The notes under the pieces are model-generated. The model saw nothing but the letters and a program-made list of their open reading frames with translations, searched no databases and had not been told where the DNA came from. Below are positions 49,133 to 58,448 of a stretch of DNA of 60,243 nt, one piece after another (the first letter of the stretch is position 1; each line of letters opens with the position of its first letter). Origin of the DNA: a virus (lineage: Duplodnaviria > Caudoviricetes); IMG/VR virus record IMGVR_UViG_3300034190_001683, positions 1 to 60,243 of that record; one strand, 5' to 3'. The position numbers were made by a program, and so were the translations under genes.

Positions 49133-49150
49133 GTAGGAGTCGACTCCTAC
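49133..49150. repeat. Palindrome copy 7
   Basis: Identical 18-mer followed by GCCAC. Confidence 0.95.
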
Positions 49151-49286
49151 GCCACCCCTTTTCGAGTTATAGCCTAGAGAACTGGTCTCCCCCACCCCCC
49201 TGTGTGTGTCAGATGGGACCCGGCTGTCTGTACTGTGTGTTTTGCTCGTTAGATTTCAAATTTTTTGAAAATAGACCCACCCCCTA

Positions 49287-49315
49287 TTGACTTTTTATGA
49301 GACCCGTGGTAGGTT
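49287..49315 (+). promoter_or_regulatory. Putative rightward promoter TTGACT-N17-TAGGTT (extended -10)
   Basis: Upstream of the terminase genes. Confidence 0.5.
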
Positions 49316-49365
49316 CAAAATCTAACAAGTACCCCCTAACGAAAAAAGGAGTCCCGTTTCCTCTC

Positions 49366-49950
49366 ATGCCACTAACAATTACACCAGACGTAGGAATACC
49401 ACTACCATTTGATGTAACACCAGAAGAGGTAAAGGATTTTAGAAAGAAGGCAAAAGCAGCCTTTAACACTATCAAATCTCTACTAGATGCTGGCGCTCAG
49501 ATGCCAGAATTAGACGAGGGTACATCCACACAAGCACACGAATTAATGGCACGGGAAAAACTCCCGGTTGCTAAGACACCGCCCGGTGTAATAATAAAAC
49601 TAGAAGCCTTGCTGACTCATTATGATCATGAGTTTCTAAATGCAAATGACAGGCTCGCAAATTATGTAACGAATAGATTATTGGAAGAAACTGAGAATGA
49701 AGATGCACGTTTTCGATTAAAGGCATTGGAGTTGCTTGGAAAGCGCAGAGGGGTAAACTTATTCTCAGAGCAACACGATGTCACAATAAGACAGAAACCT
49801 ACCGAAGATATAGAAAACAGATTGAATCAGATATTGGGTAGGTATGTAACAGATGTAGAAACAGTGGAGGAGAACACTAATGAACTTTTAGAGAATGAAT
49901 CAGATCACACCTCTACAGATTATCAAGAAAAACCCGCATCTACTAAGTAA
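49366..49950 (+). CDS. Putative terminase small subunit
   Basis: Directly before terL; RLKALELLGK...LFSE motif; ATG 49366 lies downstream of the promoter. Confidence 0.7.
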   Translation: MPLTITPDVGIPLPFDVTPEEVKDFRKKAKAAFNTIKSLLDAGAQMPELDEGTSTQAHELMAREKLPVAKTPPGVIIKLEALLTHYDHEFLNANDRLANYVTNRLLEETENEDARFRLKALELLGKRRGVNLFSEQHDVTIRQKPTEDIENRLNQILGRYVTDVETVEENTNELLENESDHTSTDYQEKPASTK

Positions 49951-51421
49951 GTTACCTGCTGAAGTAAAAGCAGAAGTAGCAGATTATTTAGAAGAGCTTG
50001 CAGATAGAGAACGGTCTGAAAAGGCTAAGAGTTCTTTCATGGAGTTTGTTACACAGGTCTGGCCTAGCTTTATTCATGGCGCACACCACAAGAGGATGGC
50101 AGGGGCGTTTGAAGAAGTGATGAGTGGACAATGTAAAAGACTTATCGTAAATATGCCTCCACGGCATACGAAGTCAGAATTTGCTAGTTATTTGTTGCCA
50201 GCATGGTTTTTAGGGAAGTATCCTGATAAAAAAGTAATCCAAACCTCGCATACGGCAGAACTTGCGGTTGGTTTTGGTAGAAAGGTACGAAATCTTGTCG
50301 ATTCTGAAACGTATAAAAACATATTTCCAGACGTTGGACTTCAGGCTGACTCAAAGGCGGCTGGGCGTTGGGCTACCAACAAGGGAGGAGACTACTTTGC
50401 TATCGGTGTTGGAGGCGCTGTTACGGGTAAAGGTGCGGATGTCCTCATCATTGATGACCCTCATTCGGAGCAAGAAGCAGCGCAAGCCGAAATAAACCCT
50501 GAAATCTACGATAAAACCTACGAATGGTACACATCTGGTCCTCGACAGCGTCTACAACCGGGCGGAGCGATCATAATTGTTATGACAAGGTGGTCAAAAA
50601 GGGACTTAACAGGTCAAGTTATGCGTGCTGCAGCGCAAAGAGGTGGTGAAGATTGGAAAGTTATAGAATTTCCTGCGATTTTACCGAGTGGTAACCCACT
50701 TTGGCCTCAATTTTGGCCTCTAATCGAGCTAAATGCACTAAAAGAAGAGCTACCTAACTCAAAATGGATGGCTCAGTACCAACAAAACCCCACATCTGAG
50801 GGTTCAGCCATTGTAAAACGAGAATGGTGGCAGATTTGGGAGAAAGAAGACCCACCTGCTTGTGAATTTGTCCTACAATCTTGGGATACAGCGTTTGAAA
50901 AGAACAATCGAGCAGACTATTCAGCCTGTACTACATGGGGTGTGTTTTATAAAGAGGATGATACAGGTGTGCCACAGGCTCAGATTATGTTATTAAATGC
51001 GTTTCGCAGAAGAATGGAGTTTCCAGAGCTAAAAAAAGTTGCTTTAGAAGAGTATACGGATTGGGAACCAGATTCTATAATAATAGAGAAGAAAGCATCG
51101 GGCGCTCCGCTAATTTATGAGATGAGAGCGATGGGAGTGCCTGTGCAGGAGTTTACTCCTAGTAAAGGTAACGACAAAATATCACGATTAAACGCAGTTT
51201 CAGATTTATTCGCTTCGGGCAGAGTATGGATACCCAACACAAACTGGGCAGAAGAGGTTGTAGATGAAGTAGCAAGTTTTCCTGCAGGAGAGCATGATGA
51301 CTATGTGGACTCAACTTCTTTAGCAATGATGAGATTTAGAAAAGGTGGGTTTATACGCACTCTTCTTGATGAAGAAGATGAAGCACCAAATTATAGAAGG
51401 CACAGAGAGCCTTACTACTAA
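49895..51421 (+). CDS. terL: Terminase large subunit
   Basis: MPPRHTKS Walker A, IIDDP Walker B, MTRW, YQQ.P, SWDTA and HDDYVD nuclease motifs. Confidence 0.95.
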   Translation: MNQITPLQIIKKNPHLLSKLPAEVKAEVADYLEELADRERSEKAKSSFMEFVTQVWPSFIHGAHHKRMAGAFEEVMSGQCKRLIVNMPPRHTKSEFASYLLPAWFLGKYPDKKVIQTSHTAELAVGFGRKVRNLVDSETYKNIFPDVGLQADSKAAGRWATNKGGDYFAIGVGGAVTGKGADVLIIDDPHSEQEAAQAEINPEIYDKTYEWYTSGPRQRLQPGGAIIIVMTRWSKRDLTGQVMRAAAQRGGEDWKVIEFPAILPSGNPLWPQFWPLIELNALKEELPNSKWMAQYQQNPTSEGSAIVKREWWQIWEKEDPPACEFVLQSWDTAFEKNNRADYSACTTWGVFYKEDDTGVPQAQIMLLNAFRRRMEFPELKKVALEEYTDWEPDSIIIEKKASGAPLIYEMRAMGVPVQEFTPSKGNDKISRLNAVSDLFASGRVWIPNTNWAEEVVDEVASFPAGEHDDYVDSTSLAMMRFRKGGFIRTLLDEEDEAPNYRRHREPYY

Positions 51422-51430
51422 GGATAAAAT

Positions 51431-53953
51431 ATGGCAATTAATAATATGGAAAAACCAATGGAACCCACAGACTTAACTCAAGTTATGGGAGAGCCTGATA
51501 TAGAGATAGAAATCGAAGATCCAGAAAAAGTTACAGTTGGTATCGGGGATATGGAGATCGTTATAGATCCAGATGCAGAAAGCGATGATGATTTCAACGC
51601 AAACTTAGCAGAGGATATGAGTGACGAAGAATTACAGACTATATCCACAGATCTTCTTAATGATTTTGAAGAGGACTTATCTAGTCGGAAAGACTGGATG
51701 CAAACATATGTAGATGGTCTTGATTTACTGGGTCTGAAGCTAGAAGAAAGAACCGAGCCTTGGCCCGGAGCTTGTGGTGTACATCACCCACTGTTGACAG
51801 AAGCACTTGTAAAGTTTCAATCAGAAACAATTATGGAGACATTTCCTGCACAAGGACCTGTTAAAACACAGATTATTGGAGAGCAAACCAGAGAAAAGAA
51901 AGAAGCAGCTAACAGAGTAAAAGCTGATATGAACTATCAGTTAACTGAGAAGATGGTTGAGTACAGACCAGAACATGAAAGAATGTTGTGGGGTCTTGGT
52001 TTATCTGGTAATGCGTTTAAAAAAGTTTATTACGATCCTAGCTTAGAAAGACAAGTTTCTATATTTATACCAGCAGAAGATATTGTTGTACCGTACGGTG
52101 CATCTGACTTAGAGACAGCAGAGCGGGTAACTCACGTGATGCGTAAGACACCAAATGACTTAAAAAAATTACAGGTATCTGGATTTTATAGAGACATCGA
52201 GTTAGAAGAACCAACAGATTATTTAGATGAAGTAGAGAAAAAAATCGCAGAAAAAATGGGATTCTCTGCTTCTCATGATGACCGATACAAAATCTTAGAG
52301 ATGCACGTAGATTTAGACTTGCCGGGATATGAAGACAAAGACAAAGATGGAAAAACAACAGGCATAGCTCTACCATATGTTGTGACCCTTGAAAAAGGCA
52401 CTGGCACGATTCTTGCAATTCGTAGAAATTACCAACCAGACGATTCTGCTAAGAAAAAGCGTAACCATTTTGTTCATTATGGGTATGTCCCAGGGTTTGG
52501 TTTTTATCATTTTGGTTTAATACATCTAGTAGGAGCTTTTGCTAAATCAGGCACTTCACTCATACGACAACTTGTTGACGCAGGTACGTTATCTAACTTA
52601 CCCGGTGGATTTAAAACTAAAGGTCTACGAGTAAAAGGTGATGATACACCAATTAGTCCAGCAGAGTTTAGAGATGTGGATGTACCAAGTGGTTCAATAA
52701 AAGACAATATTATGCCGCTCCCATACAAAGAGCCAAGTCAGGTGTTATATAGTCTATTGGGTACGATTGTTGATGAGGGCAGAAGATTCGCCAGCGCAGC
52801 AGATTTAAAGATATCTGATATGTCAGCGCAAAGTCCTGTAGGGACAACCCTAGCTATATTGGAGAGAGCGTTAAAAGTTATGTCTGCCGTACAGGCTAGA
52901 GTTCACTACTCTATGCGTCAGGAGTTTAAATTACTCAAAGAGATAATTAGAGACTACACACCGGATAAATATAATTACAAACCTGAGACTGCTTCACCTG
53001 TAGTAAAGAGGTCAGACTATGACATGGTAGAGGTGTTACCTATATCTGATCCTAATTCTTCTACAATGGCTCAAAAAGTAGTGCAGTATCAGGCTGTTAT
53101 GCAAATGGCACAGGCTGCGCCGCAGATTTATGATTTACCCCGTCTCCATAGACAGATGTTAGATGTATTAGGGATTAAAGATGCTGCAAAGCTTGTGCCT
53201 CTTGAAGATGATCAAAAACCAAAAGATCCTTTGACAGAGAATATGAACGCATTGAAAGTTAAGCCTATGAAGGCATTTATGTATCAGGATCATGACGCAC
53301 ATATATTGTCACACATGAATTTTTTAAACGATCCTATCGTAGGACAACTTCTTGCTCAGAACCCTAAGGCTAAACTCATAGCAACAAATATACAGGCGCA
53401 TGTAGCAGAACATCTTGGATTTAAATATAGGATGGATATTGAGAAGCGAGTGGGCGCTCCTTTACCAAAACCAGACTCAGATTTACCAGAGGATATGGAA
53501 TTAGAGGTATCAAGACTTATAGCTCAGGCTTCCAGTCAGTTGTCTCAAAACAACATGGCACAGGTTGCTCAACAAAAAGCACAGCAACAGGCACAAGATC
53601 CTATTATCCAGATGCAACAGCAAGAGCTACAACTTAAAGCTCAAGATGCTATGCGTAAGGCTCAGAAAGATCAGGCAGATATTGCTCTTAAACAAGCTCA
53701 GATTGCTGTGGAGCAAGAAAGAATTGCTTCTCAAGAACGACAAGCCCAGCTTAATACACTGGCAAAGGCAGCTACAGATGACGCTAAACTAGAGGAAAAA
53801 CAATCTAGTCAGGTAGTGAAAGCATTGGTGGAAGAGCAAAAGATTGAGAATCAGGCTGATAATGCGATAGCACAAACATTATTACAACAGGCCTTAAATC
53901 AACAGCCTACAGAGCAACCTACAGAACCCCCACCACCTGAGGAGAAACAATAA
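51431..53953 (+). CDS. Portal protein
   Basis: 840 aa directly after terL; G.AFKKVYYD, GFYHFGLI; Q-rich C-terminal coiled coil as in P22-like portals. Confidence 0.85.
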   Translation: MAINNMEKPMEPTDLTQVMGEPDIEIEIEDPEKVTVGIGDMEIVIDPDAESDDDFNANLAEDMSDEELQTISTDLLNDFEEDLSSRKDWMQTYVDGLDLLGLKLEERTEPWPGACGVHHPLLTEALVKFQSETIMETFPAQGPVKTQIIGEQTREKKEAANRVKADMNYQLTEKMVEYRPEHERMLWGLGLSGNAFKKVYYDPSLERQVSIFIPAEDIVVPYGASDLETAERVTHVMRKTPNDLKKLQVSGFYRDIELEEPTDYLDEVEKKIAEKMGFSASHDDRYKILEMHVDLDLPGYEDKDKDGKTTGIALPYVVTLEKGTGTILAIRRNYQPDDSAKKKRNHFVHYGYVPGFGFYHFGLIHLVGAFAKSGTSLIRQLVDAGTLSNLPGGFKTKGLRVKGDDTPISPAEFRDVDVPSGSIKDNIMPLPYKEPSQVLYSLLGTIVDEGRRFASAADLKISDMSAQSPVGTTLAILERALKVMSAVQARVHYSMRQEFKLLKEIIRDYTPDKYNYKPETASPVVKRSDYDMVEVLPISDPNSSTMAQKVVQYQAVMQMAQAAPQIYDLPRLHRQMLDVLGIKDAAKLVPLEDDQKPKDPLTENMNALKVKPMKAFMYQDHDAHILSHMNFLNDPIVGQLLAQNPKAKLIATNIQAHVAEHLGFKYRMDIEKRVGAPLPKPDSDLPEDMELEVSRLIAQASSQLSQNNMAQVAQQKAQQQAQDPIIQMQQQELQLKAQDAMRKAQKDQADIALKQAQIAVEQERIASQERQAQLNTLAKAATDDAKLEEKQSSQVVKALVEEQKIENQADNAIAQTLLQQALNQQPTEQPTEPPPPEEKQ

Positions 53954-54153
53954 TGGATGGGTTGGAGTTATTACTAGAGAAGTTTGAAAACGAAATATCA
54001 GAGATAAAAGATAATATGGCTGACGGATCAGCTAAGTCTTATGAAGAATATCAAAAGTTTTGCGGTATGGTTAAAGGTCTTGCCATCGCAATTAATCACG
54101 TAATAGACCTGCAAGAAGCAAATAGAGAGGGTGAATACGAGGATGACGACTGA
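53953..54153 (+). CDS. Small hypothetical protein
   Basis: ORF track; coupled start. Confidence 0.7.
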   Translation: MDGLELLLEKFENEISEIKDNMADGSAKSYEEYQKFCGMVKGLAIAINHVIDLQEANREGEYEDDD

Positions 54154-54499
54154 AAATGAAGAAAAAGCTAAACAATTACCAGAACCTTCTGGGTATCACA
54201 TTTTATGTACAGTACCTGATGCCGAGGAGAAGTATGATAGTGGTCTATTAAAAGCTGACACTACGAAGCATTTTGAAGAAGTTCTTAGCACTGTATTTTT
54301 CGTAATTAAACTTGGACCTGATTGTTATCAAGACAAAGATAGGTTTCCAAGCGGTCCTTGGTGTAAGGAGGGGGATTTTATTTTAGCCCGACCAAACTCA
54401 GGAACCAGAGTGAAAATACATGGCAAAGAGTTTCGATTAATTAACGACGACAGCGTGGAGGCGGTAGTACAAGATCCACGAGGAATATCACGAGCATAG
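54131..54499 (+). CDS. GroES/Cpn10-like co-chaperonin
   Basis: P.PSGYHIL...GP..Y...CKEGDFI...G.EFRLINDDSVEAVV. Confidence 0.75.
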   Translation: MNTRMTTENEEKAKQLPEPSGYHILCTVPDAEEKYDSGLLKADTTKHFEEVLSTVFFVIKLGPDCYQDKDRFPSGPWCKEGDFILARPNSGTRVKIHGKEFRLINDDSVEAVVQDPRGISRA

Positions 54500-54508
54500 G
54501 AGATGAAA

Positions 54509-55462
54509 ATGGCTGAAGAGCAAAACTTACCTAACGAAGAGGATGTTAAGAAACCTGAAGCTGCTTTAGAGGCAAAGGCGTCTGATGTTGAGATAGAGAT
54601 TGAGGATGATACTCCTGAAGAGGATCAGAACCGGAAAAATCTACCCAAAGAGTTAGTCCATAAATTAGAGTCTGATGAACTTGATGATTACGATGACAAA
54701 GTAAAAGACAAGATTTATCAGCTCAAAAAAGTCTGGCACGATGAGCGTCGTGAAAAAGAGCGGATAGCAAGAGAGAATGCAGAAGCTATAAGAGCAGCTC
54801 AAAAGTTAAGAGAAGAGAATAAGCAACTAAAAGCAAATTCTGAAAATAACCAGACAGAGTACTTGAAAGCTATTGAGTCTGCTGCTGATTATGAATTGTT
54901 AGCTGCGAAACAAGCTTATAAAACTGCTCATGATGATGGCGATACTGACAAGATGACAGAAGCCCAGCAAAAGATAAGCGAAGCTACATATAAAAAAGAA
55001 AAAGTAAATCAATACAAAACTTCTTTACAAAATAAAGAAAATGATGTAAAACAAGAAGATAAAGATACACCCGCTGCTCTACCACCTGACGCAAAGGCTG
55101 TGGAATGGCAGAAACAAAATGACTGGTTCGGACAAGACGAAGAAATGACGAGCCTTGCGTTGGGGTTACATGAAAAGTTGGTAAGACAAAACGGCAGTTC
55201 TTACGCAACAACAGACGAATACTATAAACGAATTGACGAAACCATGAGAAAAAGGTTTCCAGAGCATTTCGACGTTGAAGAAGTAGAAACGAGAGAACCT
55301 ACTAAATCAAAACCTGCGGCAGTAGTTGCTCCAGTAACACGAACAACTTCATCAAAGAAGATACGATTGACAACGTCACAAGTAAATTTAGCGAAAAAGT
55401 TGGGGTTGTCGCCAGAGCAATATGCTAAAGAAATGATTAAATTGGAGAATAGAAATGGCTGA
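54509..55462 (+). CDS. Putative capsid scaffolding protein
   Basis: Acidic coiled coil; W...N.WFG; C-terminal LT.SQ..LAKKLGLS.EQYAK. Confidence 0.7.
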   Translation: MAEEQNLPNEEDVKKPEAALEAKASDVEIEIEDDTPEEDQNRKNLPKELVHKLESDELDDYDDKVKDKIYQLKKVWHDERREKERIARENAEAIRAAQKLREENKQLKANSENNQTEYLKAIESAADYELLAAKQAYKTAHDDGDTDKMTEAQQKISEATYKKEKVNQYKTSLQNKENDVKQEDKDTPAALPPDAKAVEWQKQNDWFGQDEEMTSLALGLHEKLVRQNGSSYATTDEYYKRIDETMRKRFPEHFDVEEVETREPTKSKPAAVVAPVTRTTSSKKIRLTTSQVNLAKKLGLSPEQYAKEMIKLENRNG

Positions 55463-55904
55463 AAACAGATTATCTCGTGAATTACAAAACAGAGCTTCAA
55501 AGGAAAGACCAAAAACTTGGAAACCTCCTTCTACGTTACCGGAAGTTATTCCGTTACCCGGATTTAACTATCAATGGAAAAGAATAGCTATATTAAACGA
55601 TCCTGATCCTAGAAACATATCTATGGCTCTTAGAGAAGGGTATGAAATGGTTAAAGCAGAAGAGCAACCACATATGAAAATAGTGGCTGACTCTAATTCC
55701 AGATATCCCGGTTGTATAGAAATAGGCGGACTTGTACTTTGTAAAATTCCTACAGAGCTTGCTAAACAGCGTAATGACTATTATTTAGAGAAAGCTGACC
55801 AACAAATGCAGTCTGTAGATAATAATCTTATGCGACAAAGCGACCCAAGAGCGCCGATATTTAAGGAACACAAATCCACGGTGTCTTTTGGAAAAGGTAA
55901 ATAA
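55455..55904 (+). CDS. Head-module hypothetical protein
   Basis: WKPPSTLP, REGYE.V, GGLVLCKIP motifs. Confidence 0.75.
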   Translation: MAENRLSRELQNRASKERPKTWKPPSTLPEVIPLPGFNYQWKRIAILNDPDPRNISMALREGYEMVKAEEQPHMKIVADSNSRYPGCIEIGGLVLCKIPTELAKQRNDYYLEKADQQMQSVDNNLMRQSDPRAPIFKEHKSTVSFGKGK

Positions 55905-55924
55905 TTTTTAATTGGAGAAATTAG

Positions 55925-56584
55925 ATGGCAACCACTGCTGCATATAAAGGGTTAGTACCAGTCAATTTGATTGGTGGCGCACCCTACAATGGCGGAGCTA
56001 TGAGGGAGTATAAAGTTGCTTCCAATAACAGTGCCGCTATGTTCGCTGGTGATCTCATTGCATTAACAACTGCAGGGCAACCTGCTGCTTTAACTGCTAC
56101 TCCTACAGCCGAAGATATTAATGCTGGTGCTGACGCACAAGCTGGTACTATGGGTGTTATGACGGGTTGTAGATATGTTGATGCTAATGGCGTTCAGCAA
56201 TTCGCCCAGTTCCTACCTGTTAATTCTATTACAGGTGGGTTTTCTGATGTCCATATTTTTGTTAATGATGAACCACGTCAGTTGTACAGAGTTGTTGGAA
56301 GTGCTGCTTTAGGTACATTCAACAGTGGTACAGACGGATCAGGGTTTCCGGGAGCGATTGGTAAAAATGCTCAATTAGGTAACTTCTCTTCTGGAAGTAC
56401 AACAACTGGTAATTCAGGAGTGAACCTTCTTGTAGGCACTAATGGTGCTGGTTTACTAACTACTAATACATTCGCAGTGAGAGTTGTTGATGTAGTTAGA
56501 GGTACTGAAAGCGAAGCTTATCCTGAGTTTATCGTTAAGTTCAACGTTGGCGTACACTCGTATGACAACTCATTAGGCATATAA
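55925..56584 (+). CDS. Putative capsid decoration/cement protein
   Basis: G/A/T-rich beta protein immediately before the MCP. Confidence 0.55.
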   Translation: MATTAAYKGLVPVNLIGGAPYNGGAMREYKVASNNSAAMFAGDLIALTTAGQPAALTATPTAEDINAGADAQAGTMGVMTGCRYVDANGVQQFAQFLPVNSITGGFSDVHIFVNDEPRQLYRVVGSAALGTFNSGTDGSGFPGAIGKNAQLGNFSSGSTTTGNSGVNLLVGTNGAGLLTTNTFAVRVVDVVRGTESEAYPEFIVKFNVGVHSYDNSLGI

Positions 56585-56596
56585 GGAGATTTTTAA

Positions 56597-57514
56597 ATGG
56601 CGATTTCAAGATCACAATTACTAAAAGAACTCCTTCCCGGCTTAAATGCTTTGTTTGGTTTAGAGTATGCCAAATATGGTGAAGAGCATAAGGAGATCTA
56701 TGAGCAAGAGACTTCTGAGCGTTCGTTTGAAGAAGAGACAAAGCTTTCTGGCTTTGGAGCAGCCCCAGTAAAATCTGAAGGCGCAGCTATCGAATACGAT
56801 AACGCACAAGAAGCATTTACAGCTCGCTATACGCACGAAACTGTTGCTATGGGCTTTGCGATAACCGAAGAGGCTTCTGAAGATAATCTTTATGATAGTC
56901 TTGGCGCTCGTTATACAAAGGCTTTGGCTCGTGCTATGGCTTACACAAAGCAGGTTAAAGCTGCTGCAGTTTTAAACAAAGGCTTTACTGGAACAGGTAA
57001 TCCTACCTATGGTGACGGAAAAGTATTGTTTGCAACTGACCACCCACTAGTTTCTGGTGGAACAAACAGCAACCGTCCTACAACAGGCGCAGACTTAAAT
57101 GAAACATCTCTTGAAGATGCGGTAATTCAAATTGCAGCTTGGACAGACGAGCGTGGTTTGTTAATTGCAGCTAAACCAAGAAAGCTAATTATCCCTCCTG
57201 CACTTCAGTTCGTGGCAACACGTATACTTGAAACACAGCAGAGAGTAGGAACAGCAGATAACGATATTAACGCTATTGTGACAACTGGAGCTATTCCAGA
57301 GGGTTACACAGTTAATCATTATCTAACTGATACTAACGCTTTCTTCTTAACAACTGATGTACCTAATGGATTGAAGCACTTTGTTCGTGCGCCTATGGCG
57401 ACTTCTATGGACGGAGACTTTGATACAGGTAACGTACGTTACAAGGCTCGTGAGCGCTATTCATTTGGCGTATCTGATCCTTTGGGTATGTTTGGTTCTC
57501 CGGGAGCTTCGTAA
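56597..57514 (+). CDS. Major capsid protein (Mu gpT-like HK97 fold)
   Basis: MAISRSQLLKELLPGLNALFG, LIIPPAL, GDFDTGN.RYKARERYSFG; strong RBS and terminator. Confidence 0.9.
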   Translation: MAISRSQLLKELLPGLNALFGLEYAKYGEEHKEIYEQETSERSFEEETKLSGFGAAPVKSEGAAIEYDNAQEAFTARYTHETVAMGFAITEEASEDNLYDSLGARYTKALARAMAYTKQVKAAAVLNKGFTGTGNPTYGDGKVLFATDHPLVSGGTNSNRPTTGADLNETSLEDAVIQIAAWTDERGLLIAAKPRKLIIPPALQFVATRILETQQRVGTADNDINAIVTTGAIPEGYTVNHYLTDTNAFFLTTDVPNGLKHFVRAPMATSMDGDFDTGNVRYKARERYSFGVSDPLGMFGSPGAS

Positions 57515-57888
57515 GAAGTTTTCACTTGGGAAAGGGAGCGTTTTGCTCCCTTTTTCTTTTTCTTATCTACTCTTTCTTGATGGTGAAGCTTTCTATGACA
57601 GTTAGCGCACAACACCATACACTTTTTTATTTCTTCATAGGCTTCTTTGAAATTGTGATTTGACACTAATTTATTAACTGGCCTATTATCTTTACTTCTT
57701 TTTATATGATGAAAATCTATAGTGGATATGTGTCTTTCTCCACATATTTCACAAGATAAAGATTCTTTAAATTCTAACCACTGTTTTTTCAGTCTTTTTT
57801 TTCTTTCTTTATTTCTCCTAAGATATGTATCTTTATTTTTTAAGTAGTGATCTCTTTTATACTGTTTTCTTTTTTCATCATCTGTCAT
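57457..57888 (-). CDS. HNH endonuclease
   Basis: CEIC...IDFHH...EIKKC.VLCANCHRKLH. Confidence 0.88.
   Translation of the reverse strand: MTDDEKRKQYKRDHYLKNKDTYLRRNKERKKRLKKQWLEFKESLSCEICGERHISTIDFHHIKRSKDNRPVNKLVSNHNFKEAYEEIKKCMVLCANCHRKLHHQERVDKKKKKGAKRSLSQVKTSYEAPGEPNIPKGSDTPNE
57531..57560 (+). terminator. Intrinsic terminator after MCP
   Basis: AAAGGGAGC-GTTTT-GCTCCCTTT followed by a T-rich tract. Confidence 0.85.
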
Positions 57889-58313
57889 AGTCTTTTAGCC
57901 CAATAGATTGAATTTTCATTACCCCAAGGGGAGCTTGGATATATTATTTTGTACTTACATCGTATTAAGGAATTACTGGATGCAGGATTGTCAGTTGATG
58001 TATCCGTTATAATCCATGTATGTCCTTTTTTTCTACTAAATCGTTCTCTTCTACGAATTAGTGATTTTTGTATACCCAAACCTCTATTATCTGGATGCAC
58101 ACAGCAGCGAGATAAATATGCTGTATCTAACCATTGTCTTGATGGAGTAATTAAACCAAAAGCTATTAGTATTTTGTTTTCATATACTAAAAACCATTCT
58201 CCTTCTGGTTCTTCAGACGGTGTAACTGGGTCATCAGCAGGTAGAGACAGTTTTTGTAAGAAGATTAGTTGATTTACTTGTTTTTGGTTTAAATCTAAAG
58301 AGTTAACTCTCAT
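57885..58313 (-). CDS. GNAT acetyltransferase
   Basis: VHPDNRGLGIQKSLI acetyl-CoA motif; N.AS.N.L. Confidence 0.85.
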   Translation of the reverse strand: MRVNSLDLNQKQVNQLIFLQKLSLPADDPVTPSEEPEGEWFLVYENKILIAFGLITPSRQWLDTAYLSRCCVHPDNRGLGIQKSLIRRRERFSRKKGHTWIITDTSTDNPASSNSLIRCKYKIIYPSSPWGNENSIYWAKRL

Positions 58314-58327
58314 GATAATTTGTTGTG

Positions 58328-58356
58328 TTGCATTTGATGTATTTTAATGGTATAAG
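58328..58356 (+). promoter_or_regulatory. Putative promoter TTGCAT-N17-TATAAG (extended -10)
   Basis: Intergenic, before a structured leader. Confidence 0.55.
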
Positions 58357-58366
58357 AAGTAAATAT

Positions 58367-58434
58367 CTAGGGTTAATCTACACACTTAACTGACCTAGCA
58401 GACATAGTAGAGAAAGTGTGTATATGTGCTACTA
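58367..58434 (+). ncRNA. Candidate pseudoknotted RNA element (possibly Mu-gpT-DE-like)
   Basis: CTAGG/CCTAG stem crossed by TACACACTT/AAGTGTGTA pairing. Confidence 0.5.
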
Positions 58435-58448
58435 CACAGGAGAAATAA

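Noticed and set aside
45005-49150. CRISPR array formed by the palindromes
   Set aside because: Spacing is irregular (about 140-1170 bp) with whole genes between copies, the repeat is only 18 bp, and there is no cas operon.
58385-58420. Hammerhead ribozyme (CTGA...GAAA)
   Set aside because: The core would need CUGANGA and a stem II; the sequence reads CUGACCU.
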